Assembly: GCA_963765205.1 (NCBI GenBank)
Contig: CAVXVB010000009.1
Span: forward strand, 768,001-832,000
Direction: 5' to 3'
Source: an uncultured Verrucomicrobiae bacterium
GTDB lineage: Bacteria; Verrucomicrobiota; Verrucomicrobiia; Opitutales; JABDGR01
DNA length: 64,000 nt
Every line of letters starts with the position of its first letter. The first letter of the stretch is position 1. The position numbers were made by a program, and so were the translations under genes. This document shows, piece after piece, positions 31,240-41,375 of this stretch. The notes under the pieces were generated by a model, which saw only the letters and a list, made by a program, of their open reading frames with translations, was not told where the DNA came from and made no database searches.

Positions 31240-33669
31240 ATGCGTATTGAGGAGGCCGATTTGATGAATACCCCACGCATTAAGTTTGACCACGATCCGC
31301 AAACAAAAAAGGCCCCTTCGGCCCGTCAGAGTCGATCCTTGGCGTTCGGCCTTGTCGCGCTTCTGGCGCTCGGGGTGGGTTTTGCGGGAGGTTGGATGGT
31401 CCGTGATCATTCAACGCCCGGGAAAATTCCTGCTCATCCTTCATCGCAAAGAACAAATGGGCAGGCAAAAGCCGTGGTGGTGAATGCTGCGATCGTCCCG
31501 ACCGGCATTGCATGGGACGTAAAAAGCCCCTTGGCGGATATTTTGAAAAAATATACGGGCGGGGCGCGCATTAGAGCCATTGCCAAGCTCGTCGAGCAAA
31601 CCCCGGTGTCGGAATTGCATCATCTGCTCGACCTGGCTGCCGCCTGCCCGGTGGCCGATATTCGTAAAATCGTCGCTGATTTGGTTTACGCAAAGTGGGT
31701 TGCTGCCGATCCCAAGGGCGCGCTGGTCTATGCCGAGGCCTTGGACATCCGGACAAAGGACACCACCGCATTGAACAGCGTGTTCGCGGCTTGGGCCGGC
31801 CTCGACCCGCATGCGGCTTTTGCCGCCGCCCAAACGCTTGGCACGGCGTCTCTTCGTCAAGCCGGGCCATTGGCCGTGTTGTCGAGTTGGGTGCAAAGCG
31901 GCAATCCAACCGATGCCTTGGCCGCCCTTAAACAGTTCCAAAATGGCAATTTAGGAGGAGTAATGTGCCAGACGCTTTTTGATGAGTGGTCACAATTAGA
32001 CCCCGCCGCGGCCTGGGCGGCGTTAAGCCAAATCGCCAGCGCGAGCGCCAGGAATAACGCGATGAATCAGGTCCTCCGCAACATGGTTATGAGTGACGCA
32101 CAGGGGACTTTCACGCTCTTGCGTTCATTGCCCGCCGGCAGTGTTGATGCCACAACTTACAAGCAATTTTTTCAGACATGGGCCGAACAAGACCCGGCCT
32201 CCGCCTTTGCCGCCCTCAAACAGCTTCCGTCCGGCGACGCCCAGACCCAGGCATTGAACGCCGCGTTTGCCGTTTGGGCCCAATCCGATCCTGTCGCTGC
32301 GTTCCAAGCGGCCCAATCCCTTCCACCCAGTTCATCTCGTAATTCTGCCATTCAGCAAAGTTTCGGTGCCTGGGCCTCTCAGGATCCCCAATCGGCGGCC
32401 AACTTTCTTCTTTCCCTTCCGAGTGGAGACCCGCTTAAAGGATTGTCTACGGGGCTGGTCGTAGCCTGGGCGAACAGCGATCCCGCAACTGCCTTGGCTT
32501 GGGCGGATAAGAATTTATCCGGTAACAATCTTATTGAAGCACGAAACGATGCTTTTGCTCTCTTATGCCAAACTGATTACAATGCCGCCCTGACCTATGC
32601 TGCTCAATTACCCCAGGGGGCCACGCACAATGCTTATCTGCAACAGGCCATCAACAAATGGGCCGGCACGGATCCTTCCGGCGCCATTGCCTGGGTCAAC
32701 GGCAATTTGCAGGGTGATGACCAAGTGGCCGTACTTGCGGGAGTAGTGGGAACGTTGGCTTCCTCCAATCCTAGTGCCGCTGCCAAGATGATTGTCCAAT
32801 TGCCCGAGGGATCGGCACGCAACAGCGCCATGATTAATTTGGCATCACAGTGGGCTACTGTGGATGTAAATGCCGCCAGCCAATGGCTTCTAACTTTGCC
32901 AACGGACCTGCCCGATGCAGATCGGCAAGCGGCTTTCCAAGCGGTCTTGAATCCCTGGTTAAAAACGGATCCGGCCGCCGCCGCCGCCTTTGTGCAAAAC
33001 AATGCCAACGATCCGGACTTTGGCCCTTCGGCCGACCGGGTAACAACGGTGTGGGCACAAAGCGACCCTCAAGCCGCAATCGCTTGGGCTGAATCTCTGC
33101 CTGCGGGCACGGTTCAGGATAAATATCTTGTTCAATCAATGCAATTCTGGGCCAATAGTGACCCTATGGGAGCTTTGCAATACGCGCAATCTCTTCCTGA
33201 AAGCGACAACAAAAACGACTTCGTTTCCATGGCACTCCTAGGCTACGCTGTGACAGACCCTATTGGCGCCGCGAACTTGCTTGCCCAACTCCCGACCGAT
33301 ACCATTCAGAAATATAATAATTTGACGAGGAATATTGCAGAAAGCTGGGCAAACCAGGATGTTCCTGCCGCCACCCAATGGGCCGAGAGCCTTCCGGAGG
33401 GGCAGCAACGCGACATGGCGATAGATGGCTTGGTCATGGCTACGCACAGAAATGATCCGGCCAGCGGTTTTCAATTAGCACTGAGCGTCACAGACAACGA
33501 TGAACGTAGCAATTTACTCTCTGCTGTATACGCGCCTTGGTATGCGCAAGACCCCTCGGCAGCGGCAAAAGCGCTCGAAGCGGCCAACGTCCCGCAGGAC
33601 TTGAAAGACCAACTGCAGGTTGGTGCCTCCCAAGCATTGCGGAAAATACAGGGTGTGAAAGGAAAATAA
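31240..33669 (+). CDS. Membrane-anchored alpha-helical repeat protein (W-x3-DP-x-AA repeats)
   Basis: N-terminal TM segment followed by many ~31-33 aa units of type WA..DP.AA...A..LP.G..R. Confidence 0.85.
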   Translation: MRIEEADLMNTPRIKFDHDPQTKKAPSARQSRSLAFGLVALLALGVGFAGGWMVRDHSTPGKIPAHPSSQRTNGQAKAVVVNAAIVPTGIAWDVKSPLADILKKYTGGARIRAIAKLVEQTPVSELHHLLDLAAACPVADIRKIVADLVYAKWVAADPKGALVYAEALDIRTKDTTALNSVFAAWAGLDPHAAFAAAQTLGTASLRQAGPLAVLSSWVQSGNPTDALAALKQFQNGNLGGVMCQTLFDEWSQLDPAAAWAALSQIASASARNNAMNQVLRNMVMSDAQGTFTLLRSLPAGSVDATTYKQFFQTWAEQDPASAFAALKQLPSGDAQTQALNAAFAVWAQSDPVAAFQAAQSLPPSSSRNSAIQQSFGAWASQDPQSAANFLLSLPSGDPLKGLSTGLVVAWANSDPATALAWADKNLSGNNLIEARNDAFALLCQTDYNAALTYAAQLPQGATHNAYLQQAINKWAGTDPSGAIAWVNGNLQGDDQVAVLAGVVGTLASSNPSAAAKMIVQLPEGSARNSAMINLASQWATVDVNAASQWLLTLPTDLPDADRQAAFQAVLNPWLKTDPAAAAAFVQNNANDPDFGPSADRVTTVWAQSDPQAAIAWAESLPAGTVQDKYLVQSMQFWANSDPMGALQYAQSLPESDNKNDFVSMALLGYAVTDPIGAANLLAQLPTDTIQKYNNLTRNIAESWANQDVPAATQWAESLPEGQQRDMAIDGLVMATHRNDPASGFQLALSVTDNDERSNLLSAVYAPWYAQDPSAAAKALEAANVPQDLKDQLQVGASQALRKIQGVKGK

Positions 33670-33765
33670 GCTTGGCCCGGCGCTTAGTTCTTGGTTGCTT
33701 TCCTCCGCTTTTGCCTCTTGAACTAAGCACCAAGAACGAGAACACTAAAACACGCTGCCCTCCTC

Positions 33766-35034
33766 ATGATTGAAACCCCGTCCATCCTGCCCGCCGAGCC
33801 GCTGGCCGAGCTTGACCCGGAGATTTTCTCCGCCATCGAGCAGGAAAAGGCGCGCCAGCAGTCCCACCTCGAGCTGATTGCCTCGGAGAATTTCACCCTG
33901 CCGGCGATCCTCGAAGCCGCGGGGAGCGTGTTGACCAACAAATACGCCGAGGGCTACCCCGGCAAACGCTGGTATGGCGGCTGCCAGTATGTGGACATCG
34001 TCGAGCAACTGGCCATTGACCGGGCCAAGGCGCTCTTCGGCGCGGACCACGCCAATGTCCAGCCGCACTCGGGCAGCCAGGCCAACTTCGCCGTTTACAC
34101 GTCCGTCCTCGAACCGGGCGACAAGCTGCTGACCATGAATTTGAGCGATGGCGGGCACCTGACGCACGGCAACGCGGCCAATTTTTCCGGCAAGCTCTAT
34201 AAAATCGCCCACTACGGCGTGTCGCCGCAGACCGGACGGATTGACTATGACGACCTGGCGCGCCAGGCCGAGCGCGAGCGCCCGAAGATGATCACGGTTG
34301 GCGCATCGGCGTATCCGCGCATCATTGATTTTGCGAAAATGGGTGAAATCGCGCGCAGCGTGAATGCACTGATGTTGGCGGACATCGCGCACATCGCGGG
34401 CCTTGTCGTCACCGGCGAGCACCCCAACCCGTTCCCGCACGCGGATTTTGTCACCACCACGACGCACAAGACGCTGCGCGGACCGCGCGGGGGTTTGATT
34501 TTGTGCAAGGAAGCGTTCGCCAAGAAAATTGACTCGGCGGTGTTCCCCGGCGGCCAGGGCGGGCCGTTGATGCACATCATCGCGGCCAAGGCGGTTTGCT
34601 TCCGCGAAGCGGCGAAGCCGGAGTTCCATGACTATGCCATCCAGGTGCGGCGCAACGCGGCGGCGCTGGCCGAGTGGTTTGTCGAGCATGGTTACAAACT
34701 TTCCTCCGGGGGCACCGATAACCACCTGCTGCTGATTGACCTGCGCCACAGCCACCCGGAGTTGACCGGCAAGCAAGCCCAGCAGGCGCTGGATGAGGCC
34801 AATATTACTACGAACAAGAACACGATTCCCGGGGAGACCCGCAGCCCCTTCCAAGCCAGTGGGCTGCGCTTGGGCAGCCCGGCGGTGACGAGCCGCGGGA
34901 TGCGCGAGGCGGAAATGGCGCAAATCGCCGAGGCGATTGACACCGTGCTCGGTGGCCCCACTGACCCCGCCCGTATCGCCAAGGCCAAGGCCATCGCGAT
35001 TGAGCTTTGCGGGAGGCACCCTTTGCCCTATTGA
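33766..35034 (+). CDS. glyA: Serine hydroxymethyltransferase
   Basis: [36 protein letters not shown]. Confidence 0.98.
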   Translation: MIETPSILPAEPLAELDPEIFSAIEQEKARQQSHLELIASENFTLPAILEAAGSVLTNKYAEGYPGKRWYGGCQYVDIVEQLAIDRAKALFGADHANVQPHSGSQANFAVYTSVLEPGDKLLTMNLSDGGHLTHGNAANFSGKLYKIAHYGVSPQTGRIDYDDLARQAERERPKMITVGASAYPRIIDFAKMGEIARSVNALMLADIAHIAGLVVTGEHPNPFPHADFVTTTTHKTLRGPRGGLILCKEAFAKKIDSAVFPGGQGGPLMHIIAAKAVCFREAAKPEFHDYAIQVRRNAAALAEWFVEHGYKLSSGGTDNHLLLIDLRHSHPELTGKQAQQALDEANITTNKNTIPGETRSPFQASGLRLGSPAVTSRGMREAEMAQIAEAIDTVLGGPTDPARIAKAKAIAIELCGRHPLPY

Positions 35035-35226
35035 GCGACAGAGCCGACTGCTTCGGCAACTTATTCCGAGCCGCCTCCGGGGTGGGTTAGCGACCCACCC
35101 TATAAATGTCCTAAAGAATTCTCTTTAATTTCTAAATCCAAAGGTATAAGTTACCGATAACCATTCCTGCCGCCCACTCCGGGCGGAACCCCCCCCGGCC
35201 CCAACCGACCCAACCCCTCTTTCCCC

Positions 35227-35977
35227 ATGACCATCCGCCAATCCACCTCCCGCAAGGGCTTCACCCTCATCGAACTCCTGACGGTGATCACGATCATCGG
35301 CATTCTGGCCGCGATTCTGATCCCGACTATCGGCAACGTTATTGACGTGGCCCACCGCTCCGCCGCGTCTGCCAATGCGCGCACCATCGCGCAAACTTAT
35401 GTGTCCTTTTCCACCGGGGGCAGCGTGCCGCGCACCATCTCGACCCCGGGCATGGCCACCGGCACGGCGGTCAATGGCATTGCCAACAACATTGAGGAAC
35501 GTCGCCTTCATTCTCTCCAAGTTTAATCAGTTGAACGACGCCTCGATGTGGTATATCCGCACGGACGACAACCTGGTCGGCCAGCAGATTCCCCACTCCG
35601 TCATCGTCGGCGACCCGAACCAGGCCACGGCGGTGGCGCCGGACTTTGCCAAGGTCTCGCCCAAGGCGTGGGCCTTTGTGACGGGCATTTCCCCGAGCGC
35701 GCCCTCCAGCTCAACCCCGCTGCTGTGGACGTATGGTTTGCAGCATGACGGTACCTGGCTGGCGGCCACCCCCTGGAAAGGCCGCGGCGGCCACATTGCC
35801 TTCCTCGACGGCCACGTGGACTGGGTGGAGAAACTCTCGAATGATCCGGGCGGCGAGAACTTCACCATCTACCAGACGAACCAAGGCAACGGCAATCCGA
35901 CCCTCGATTGGGCCTTGGCCATTAATTCCAGTGGTACCCATCCGGCGGTGGTGGTCAATACCGGCCTCACCCACTAA
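35227..35977 (+). CDS. Prepilin-type N-terminal methylation / H-X9-DG family protein; frameshift near 35499
   Basis: GFTLIELLTVITIIGILAAILIP in frame 1 and GGHIAFLDGHV in frame 2. Confidence 0.85.
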
Positions 35978-36000
35978 GCCTCTGCTTTCATTTTAGTCAA

Positions 36001-36031
36001 AACCCGGCTGCTTCCACAGCCGGGTTTTTTT
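36001..36031 (+). terminator. Intrinsic (possibly bidirectional) terminator
   Basis: AAACCCGGCTG-loop-CAGCCGGGTTTTTTT between convergent genes. Confidence 0.8.
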
Positions 36032-36069
36032 GTGGGGTGCCGGCCGATGGGCCGGCAAGATCGCTGATT

Positions 36070-37515
36070 TCACGCCAGCTCTTTGTAAAGTTGCGCGTAG
36101 GCGGGGGCCAGTTTGCGCCAGCTTGAATCCACGCTAAGCGCGCGTACGCGGATGGCGGCGCAGAATTCCACCTCGCGGTGCAAAGTCTGGGCGCGACGCA
36201 AACCCTCGCGCCAGCCGTCACGGGTCGGCTCGAAGAGCAGGCCGTTGCCTGCGGCGGGATGTTCGATCGCGTCTACGACAACGTCGGTCGGGCCGCCGGT
36301 GCGGGGCAGCACGGGGATGGCGCCATAACGCAGTGCGCGTTGGGCGTGATAGGGGCTGGGTTCGAGGCGCGCGGTGCCAAAATAAAAATCCGCGCCGCCC
36401 AGCATGCGATGCCGCACGCCAAGCTCATAATTTTCGAGCAGCACAATACGGCCGGGCCGCGCGCCGGCCAGCGCGCGCCAGGGTTCCATGTCGCCGGGCG
36501 CCGCCGCGCGTCCAAGTAGCACCAGCACGCTGTCCTCGCGCAGTTCCGCCAGCAATTCGCGCGGGTCGCCTAGGTTGAACGCGGCCATCAACGGGAGTTC
36601 GGCGACCAGCAGCGCGCCGGCGCGTGTGTTGGAATAAAGGTTGAGCGCCTGGCGCAGCGACTCGCGGCACTGGACGCGGCCGGCCGGCGCGCCGGCGGAA
36701 AAATTGGCGGCCAGCAACGGGTCGGTAGCCGGGTTCCATTCCGTGTCGTCGAGGCCCGTGAGCAGGCCACGAAGGTCACTGCGGCGCCGGGAGAGAACCC
36801 CTTCGAGGCCAAAGCCATAACCGGGGCCGGGAATTTCCCGCGCCGCGGCGGGGCTGGGCGCGAGCAGGACTTCGGAGTAAACGAGGCCGCCCTTGAGGAA
36901 ATTGACCTGGCCGAAAAACTCGAGCGAGTCGGGCGCAAAAAATTCCTCGGGCAGGTTGGTGAGGGAGAACACGCGGCGCGGGTAAATCCCCTGGAAGGCG
37001 GGATGGTGCAGGGTGAACACCGTGCGGGCCGCGGCACTAACGCCGCGCTTCCGTTCTTCGACGCGCAGCAGCAAGGGTAACAGCGCCGTGGGCCAATCGT
37101 GGCAATGGACGATGTCCACGGGTTGTTCGAAACGGCACAACGCGTCGGCGGCGGCTTTGCAAAAAATCAGGAAGCGCGCATAACTGTCTTCATATTCGCC
37201 ACCGGGCGGGCCGTAAGGAAAAGAGCGGTCGAAGGATTCGTCGCGGCGGACCAGGTAGAGCGTGAGGTTTTTGGCAATGGACAGGCGCAACGTCTGCGCG
37301 CTGACACGGGCGTCGCCCAGTTCCAGCGCGTGTTCGTAGACTAACTCCGCGGCCGCAGCACGGGGGTCGGCCAGCACCTGGCGATAGCCAGGGAGGAAAA
37401 CCGACACCTCGTGGCCTGAGCGCGCCAATTCCGCACACAGGCCGCCGACCACATCAGCCAAATGGCCCACGCGCACCCAAGGGGTGAACTCGCTGGCGAC
37501 ATGTACAATTTTCAT
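36070..37515 (-). CDS. glgA: Glycogen/starch synthase (GT5) homolog, divergent
   Basis: MKIVHVASE..P, HCHDW, VFTLH...FQG, NFLKGG, WNPATD, TGG..D. Confidence 0.8.
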   Translation of the reverse strand: MKIVHVASEFTPWVRVGHLADVVGGLCAELARSGHEVSVFLPGYRQVLADPRAAAAELVYEHALELGDARVSAQTLRLSIAKNLTLYLVRRDESFDRSFPYGPPGGEYEDSYARFLIFCKAAADALCRFEQPVDIVHCHDWPTALLPLLLRVEERKRGVSAAARTVFTLHHPAFQGIYPRRVFSLTNLPEEFFAPDSLEFFGQVNFLKGGLVYSEVLLAPSPAAAREIPGPGYGFGLEGVLSRRRSDLRGLLTGLDDTEWNPATDPLLAANFSAGAPAGRVQCRESLRQALNLYSNTRAGALLVAELPLMAAFNLGDPRELLAELREDSVLVLLGRAAAPGDMEPWRALAGARPGRIVLLENYELGVRHRMLGGADFYFGTARLEPSPYHAQRALRYGAIPVLPRTGGPTDVVVDAIEHPAAGNGLLFEPTRDGWREGLRRAQTLHREVEFCAAIRVRALSVDSSWRKLAPAYAQLYKELA

Positions 37516-37933
37516 GCAGGCCCCGTTTTTACTGCATCCTTGGCTGCGCCGCAAACCTCGAATCTATTCATCAATGGCGACGGGCAATATTTATCCTGCG
37601 TTCAGGTGGGAAGACGCGTCAATCCACGTTCGCAGGGTACAGCTATGTTCCCTATCCAAGTTGCTTCGTTAGTTGGCAACTTTGGTATTTCATGTAAATT
37701 AACTCATTGTTTTGCAGCGAGTTAATGGCGGAGAGGGATTCGAACCGCCACCGGGCCAACAACAGAAACGCTTCGCTGCGCGTGGTTTATGTTGTGGATG
37801 AGTGAGTTAGAACAGGAAAGATAATGCAGAAAATTTCATGGAAGTGAAGCGAAAAACACCTCTACTGGCAAATTTGTGGCAAATTTTTCGGGCACATACG
37901 TGCCGTGGCGCAAGAATGGGGTGTTTCGACACA

Positions 37934-37973
37934 TTTGGTGTGGCTAACTTTACCATGCCATCAGCAGTAGCAG
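37934..37973. repeat. 40 bp site shared between two islands (copy 2)
   Basis: 39/40 identical to 19317-19356. Confidence 0.92.
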
Positions 37974-38124
37974 AGATTTTCTTCCCAGTCAAGAATGACA
38001 CTAGAGGTGTAGAAGAGTTGCCAATAGTCTAGGCTCACGCTTGGCGCAAAAATTATGTCTGCTCTATTCACTCGCATCTTGTCTCAAGTAATTTCACGCG
38101 AGTCGCGGCTGGTGGCTCATGCGG

Positions 38125-38403
38125 TCAGCGTGGAAGTTCAATAGGATTGAAATTTTTGACGACGATATTCGGTTCATTCTTGAAAATCGCGCGATCGGAC
38201 GCTTCGAACAGAATGGCATCAAGAAACCCGTTGAGCAGATCGGCGAGGGCAAAATAGGTCAATTCATATTCAGGGGCATAACAAACGACTTCACAGTCAA
38301 CCTGCCCCGCCAACAGTCTGTCTGAAGACAAAACTCCCAGTCGTCGGAGGCGTACACTCCCGGGATCGTCGCACTTCGTTGCAATGTAAAGATAATGGCT
38401 CAT
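38125..38403 (-). CDS. Small hypothetical protein
   Basis: ORF from the ATG at 38403 (MSHYLYIATKCDD...), with TATAAT just upstream. Confidence 0.45.
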   Translation of the reverse strand: MSHYLYIATKCDDPGSVRLRRLGVLSSDRLLAGQVDCEVVCYAPEYELTYFALADLLNGFLDAILFEASDRAIFKNEPNIVVKNFNPIELPR

Positions 38404-38924
38404 GGCGCGCCTATAATTATAGTCCAGAGACAAATGTCCGTCCTAAGGTAAGCAGGCATTTAATGAAACTTAGTACTTAGACATGTAATGTAGGGAGAAA
38501 TGAAGGCATGCATGCCAGTTCTGCCAACCCCTTCCCGATGCACCAACCTTGTCAAGCAACTCAAACCTTGCACGCAGATGCTTTTTCTACATCGGCTGCC
38601 ATCCTGCGGGAAAATTGTCTGCGAGTCCTAGCTTCGATTAATGCGGCCCCAGCACAGCTCGAAGCGAAAATACTCGCGCGTGCCGCACTGCTGGACTTAA
38701 AGCGCTGGGATCCTGCCGTCGAGCGTGTCATCCGGGGTAGTGATGCAGTTGGAGACTGGGTGAAGTTTAGGCAAGCTGTCGAGAGTGACCGGCCGGATAA
38801 TGGCCCTGAATGTGTGCGCATTCTACCGATCAGATGCTCTTAGGCTCGCGTTCTATTCAAGAGGGCATTGAAAGCCGGACATTTGTCTAACATCTAATAG
38901 TGGTCAGGCAACCTTCAATCTCTT

Positions 38925-40301
38925 ATGAAAACAACTCCAGCATATTTAACCGAATCCCAGGCGGGTTTGAACCTGCCGCAACGTCTTGAACGACTGCCAT
39001 TTACAAGCTTCCAGCGAAAAATCTTTTTGATCATCGCAACCGCATGGTTGTTCGACTCGATGGACTTGGCAATGATGACCTTCCTTCTGGCACCCATCAG
39101 CCAGACTTTCCATCTCACGGGATCACAAACCGGTGTGCTGGGCAGTTCGAGCCTAGCCGGGATGGCCATTGGTGCGGCGCTTGCGGGAATGCTCGCAGAC
39201 CGTTTCGGACGCAAGTCTGTGTTCCAAGTAAGCATGATTGTGTGGGGAGCGGCGGCGTGCTTCTGCGCGGGATCCTGGAACTACGAGTCACTTCTGGTTG
39301 GCCGATTTTTTCTCGGTTTGGGGATGGGCGCGGAGTTTCCAGTGGCGCAATCGATGCTTTCGGAACTGATACCAGCGGCATCTCGCGGCCGATACATTGC
39401 ATTGCTGGAAGGCTTCTGGCCGCTGGGCTTCATTCTTGCCGGCTGCGTGGCATTGATAGTCCTGCCGCTGGCCGGCTGGCGTGGGGTCTTCTTGGCCACG
39501 GGCATCCCCGCGATTTATGTCCTGGTCATCCGGAGGCGGCTGCCGGAGTCGCCGCGCTGGTATGAAGCACAAGGCGATCTCGTCCGTGCTGAACAAACGA
39601 TGTGCCAAATTGAATCCAACGTGTGTGACGCCTACGGACAGGCGCTGCCCGAACCAAAATCGGATGGCGTCGCCGATGAAATTGGCGACAAACGCTACTC
39701 ATGGCGCGAACTGTTGTCTGCGGCATATCGGCACCGCACATTCATGGTCTGGACTCTTTGGTTCTTTGCCTTGCTCGGTTACTATGGCATTACGACCTGG
39801 ATGGGCAAGCTGCTGGTAGACAACGGATTCGCAGTTACAAAGTCGATTGAATGGATTCTGTTAATGACCCTCTGGGGCGTGCCTGGTTTCATCTCGGCTG
39901 CATTTTTGATCGAAAAGCTCGGACGCAAGGTGACCGTCAGCGGATATATGCTCCTCAGCGCTGCCTCAGCGTATTTTTACGGGCATGCGGCGTCATTCAC
40001 CGGGCTTATCATCACGGGCGCATTTATGCAGTTTTTCTTCTTCGGCATGTGGTCGGTGCTGTATGCCTATACCCCGGAGCTGTTTCCCACAAGGGCACGC
40101 GCCACCGGGTGTGGAACCGCGTCGACCTTTGGCCGGATCGGAGCCCTCATCGGCCCGATGCTGGTGCCTGTCATTCTGGAACATTCGAACACGAGCGCCG
40201 TATTTACATTTGGCGCGGGGTCTTTTGTGATTGCAGCGCTTGCGGTACTGAATTTTGGTATTGAAACGCGAGGTAAAATCCTTGAAGAAATAAATCGCTA
40301 A
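38925..40301 (+). CDS. MFS transporter (aromatic acid / sugar porter-like)
   Basis: 12-TM hydrophobic pattern; LADRFGRK, PESPRW, YTPELFPTRARATG, ETRGK.LEEI. Confidence 0.93.
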   Translation: MKTTPAYLTESQAGLNLPQRLERLPFTSFQRKIFLIIATAWLFDSMDLAMMTFLLAPISQTFHLTGSQTGVLGSSSLAGMAIGAALAGMLADRFGRKSVFQVSMIVWGAAACFCAGSWNYESLLVGRFFLGLGMGAEFPVAQSMLSELIPAASRGRYIALLEGFWPLGFILAGCVALIVLPLAGWRGVFLATGIPAIYVLVIRRRLPESPRWYEAQGDLVRAEQTMCQIESNVCDAYGQALPEPKSDGVADEIGDKRYSWRELLSAAYRHRTFMVWTLWFFALLGYYGITTWMGKLLVDNGFAVTKSIEWILLMTLWGVPGFISAAFLIEKLGRKVTVSGYMLLSAASAYFYGHAASFTGLIITGAFMQFFFFGMWSVLYAYTPELFPTRARATGCGTASTFGRIGALIGPMLVPVILEHSNTSAVFTFGAGSFVIAALAVLNFGIETRGKILEEINR

Positions 40302-40314
40302 CATATAAATCCTT

Positions 40315-40527
40315 ATGCCCTCGCGTTCCTTATTTCTGAAGCCAACGAAAAGCCAGCTTGGGAACAATCGCTATTGCCCCATGGCGTTGTTTGAGGCTGG
40401 CGCCGAGGCTGCCTGTCGCTTTGCCAAGGAACAGCTGCGCCCGCTGTTTCAAAGTTTGGGCTTTGAGCCCGATTTCGGCTTTCCTGACAATCAAGGAAGC
40501 CTGTACTCCTCCCGGAGCAATCCATAA
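40315..40527 (+). CDS. Possible 70 aa ORF between the MFS and methyltransferase genes
   Basis: Fills the gap (13 bp after the MFS stop, 16 bp before the next ATG); no recognisable motif. Confidence 0.35.
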   Translation: MPSRSLFLKPTKSQLGNNRYCPMALFEAGAEAACRFAKEQLRPLFQSLGFEPDFGFPDNQGSLYSSRSNP

Positions 40528-40543
40528 AATTCGTAAGGGGAGC

Positions 40544-41371
40544 ATGGCGCCGCCCTACCTGCAAAAACAAGTTGAGGATCGGCTTCAAGCCGTGTTCCTG
40601 CGCGCTGCCACCTCAGGGGAAAAACTCAACGTCGGATTGCACGGGCGCGCGCAGAAGATATGTGAACAAATCCGGCACCCCATCGCGAGTTACTTTGCCG
40701 ACCGCGAACTTCGTCAGATTTCCGTTTTAGATCTTGGCTGCGGCGACGGCGGTGTTTCGTTGGAACTGGAAAGGGCGGCTGCAAATGCCAATTTGCCGAT
40801 GAAGTTCACTTTGGCTGACACCCACAAATACCTGCGGCCAGAAGTCGAGAAATCCAAGGGAACGTTCGACTTTAACCTGCTCGACGAATCGTACAAAAGC
40901 CTGCGCTCAATACCTGGAGGGCCATTCGACTGTATTCTCATCTTAACCGTATTACACCACGCCAACGACCCGGTGGGTGTGTTCAAAGCGGCGGCGGAGC
41001 AACTCCGCGAGGGCGGCCTGATCGTCGTGATTGAATCGTGTGTGGGCGTGAGCCTGAACTTTATAAATAATCATCCATCGGTTCTTGGTGGAAATATACT
41101 CGACACGCCGCAGCGGCAAGCTGCCGAAGGATACGCCAATCTGACGCCCGATAATCAGGTGCGCTATGGCTGCTTTATGGACTGGTTCTATAATCGCATC
41201 CTGCATGACGGGGTGAAGGTGCCCTGCGAGTTCGGTTCGCCCGAAAAATGGAATCAGCAAGTGTTTCAACGTAGTGGGATGCGAATAATCTCCACTTTCT
41301 GCGAGGGTTTTGACCAGGTGACCGTGCCCGAGTTCCATACTTTGCACGTAATCTCGCGCTCTCGTTCATAG
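40544..41371 (+). CDS. Class I SAM-dependent methyltransferase
   Basis: VLDLGCGDG, FD...LTVLHH..DP, L..GG.I.VIE. Start taken as the ATG at 40544. Confidence 0.85.
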   Translation: MAPPYLQKQVEDRLQAVFLRAATSGEKLNVGLHGRAQKICEQIRHPIASYFADRELRQISVLDLGCGDGGVSLELERAAANANLPMKFTLADTHKYLRPEVEKSKGTFDFNLLDESYKSLRSIPGGPFDCILILTVLHHANDPVGVFKAAAEQLREGGLIVVIESCVGVSLNFINNHPSVLGGNILDTPQRQAAEGYANLTPDNQVRYGCFMDWFYNRILHDGVKVPCEFGSPEKWNQQVFQRSGMRIISTFCEGFDQVTVPEFHTLHVISRSRS

Positions 41372-41375
41372 TGTC

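Noticed and set aside
22096..35019. Antisense ORFs 22096-23103, 29101-30165 and 33745-35019
   Set aside because: They overlap purC, the R-M gene and glyA on the opposite strand and show no motifs.
38508..38843. 111 aa ORF between the inverted repeats
   Set aside because: No motif or clear start context, so it is not supportable as a gene.
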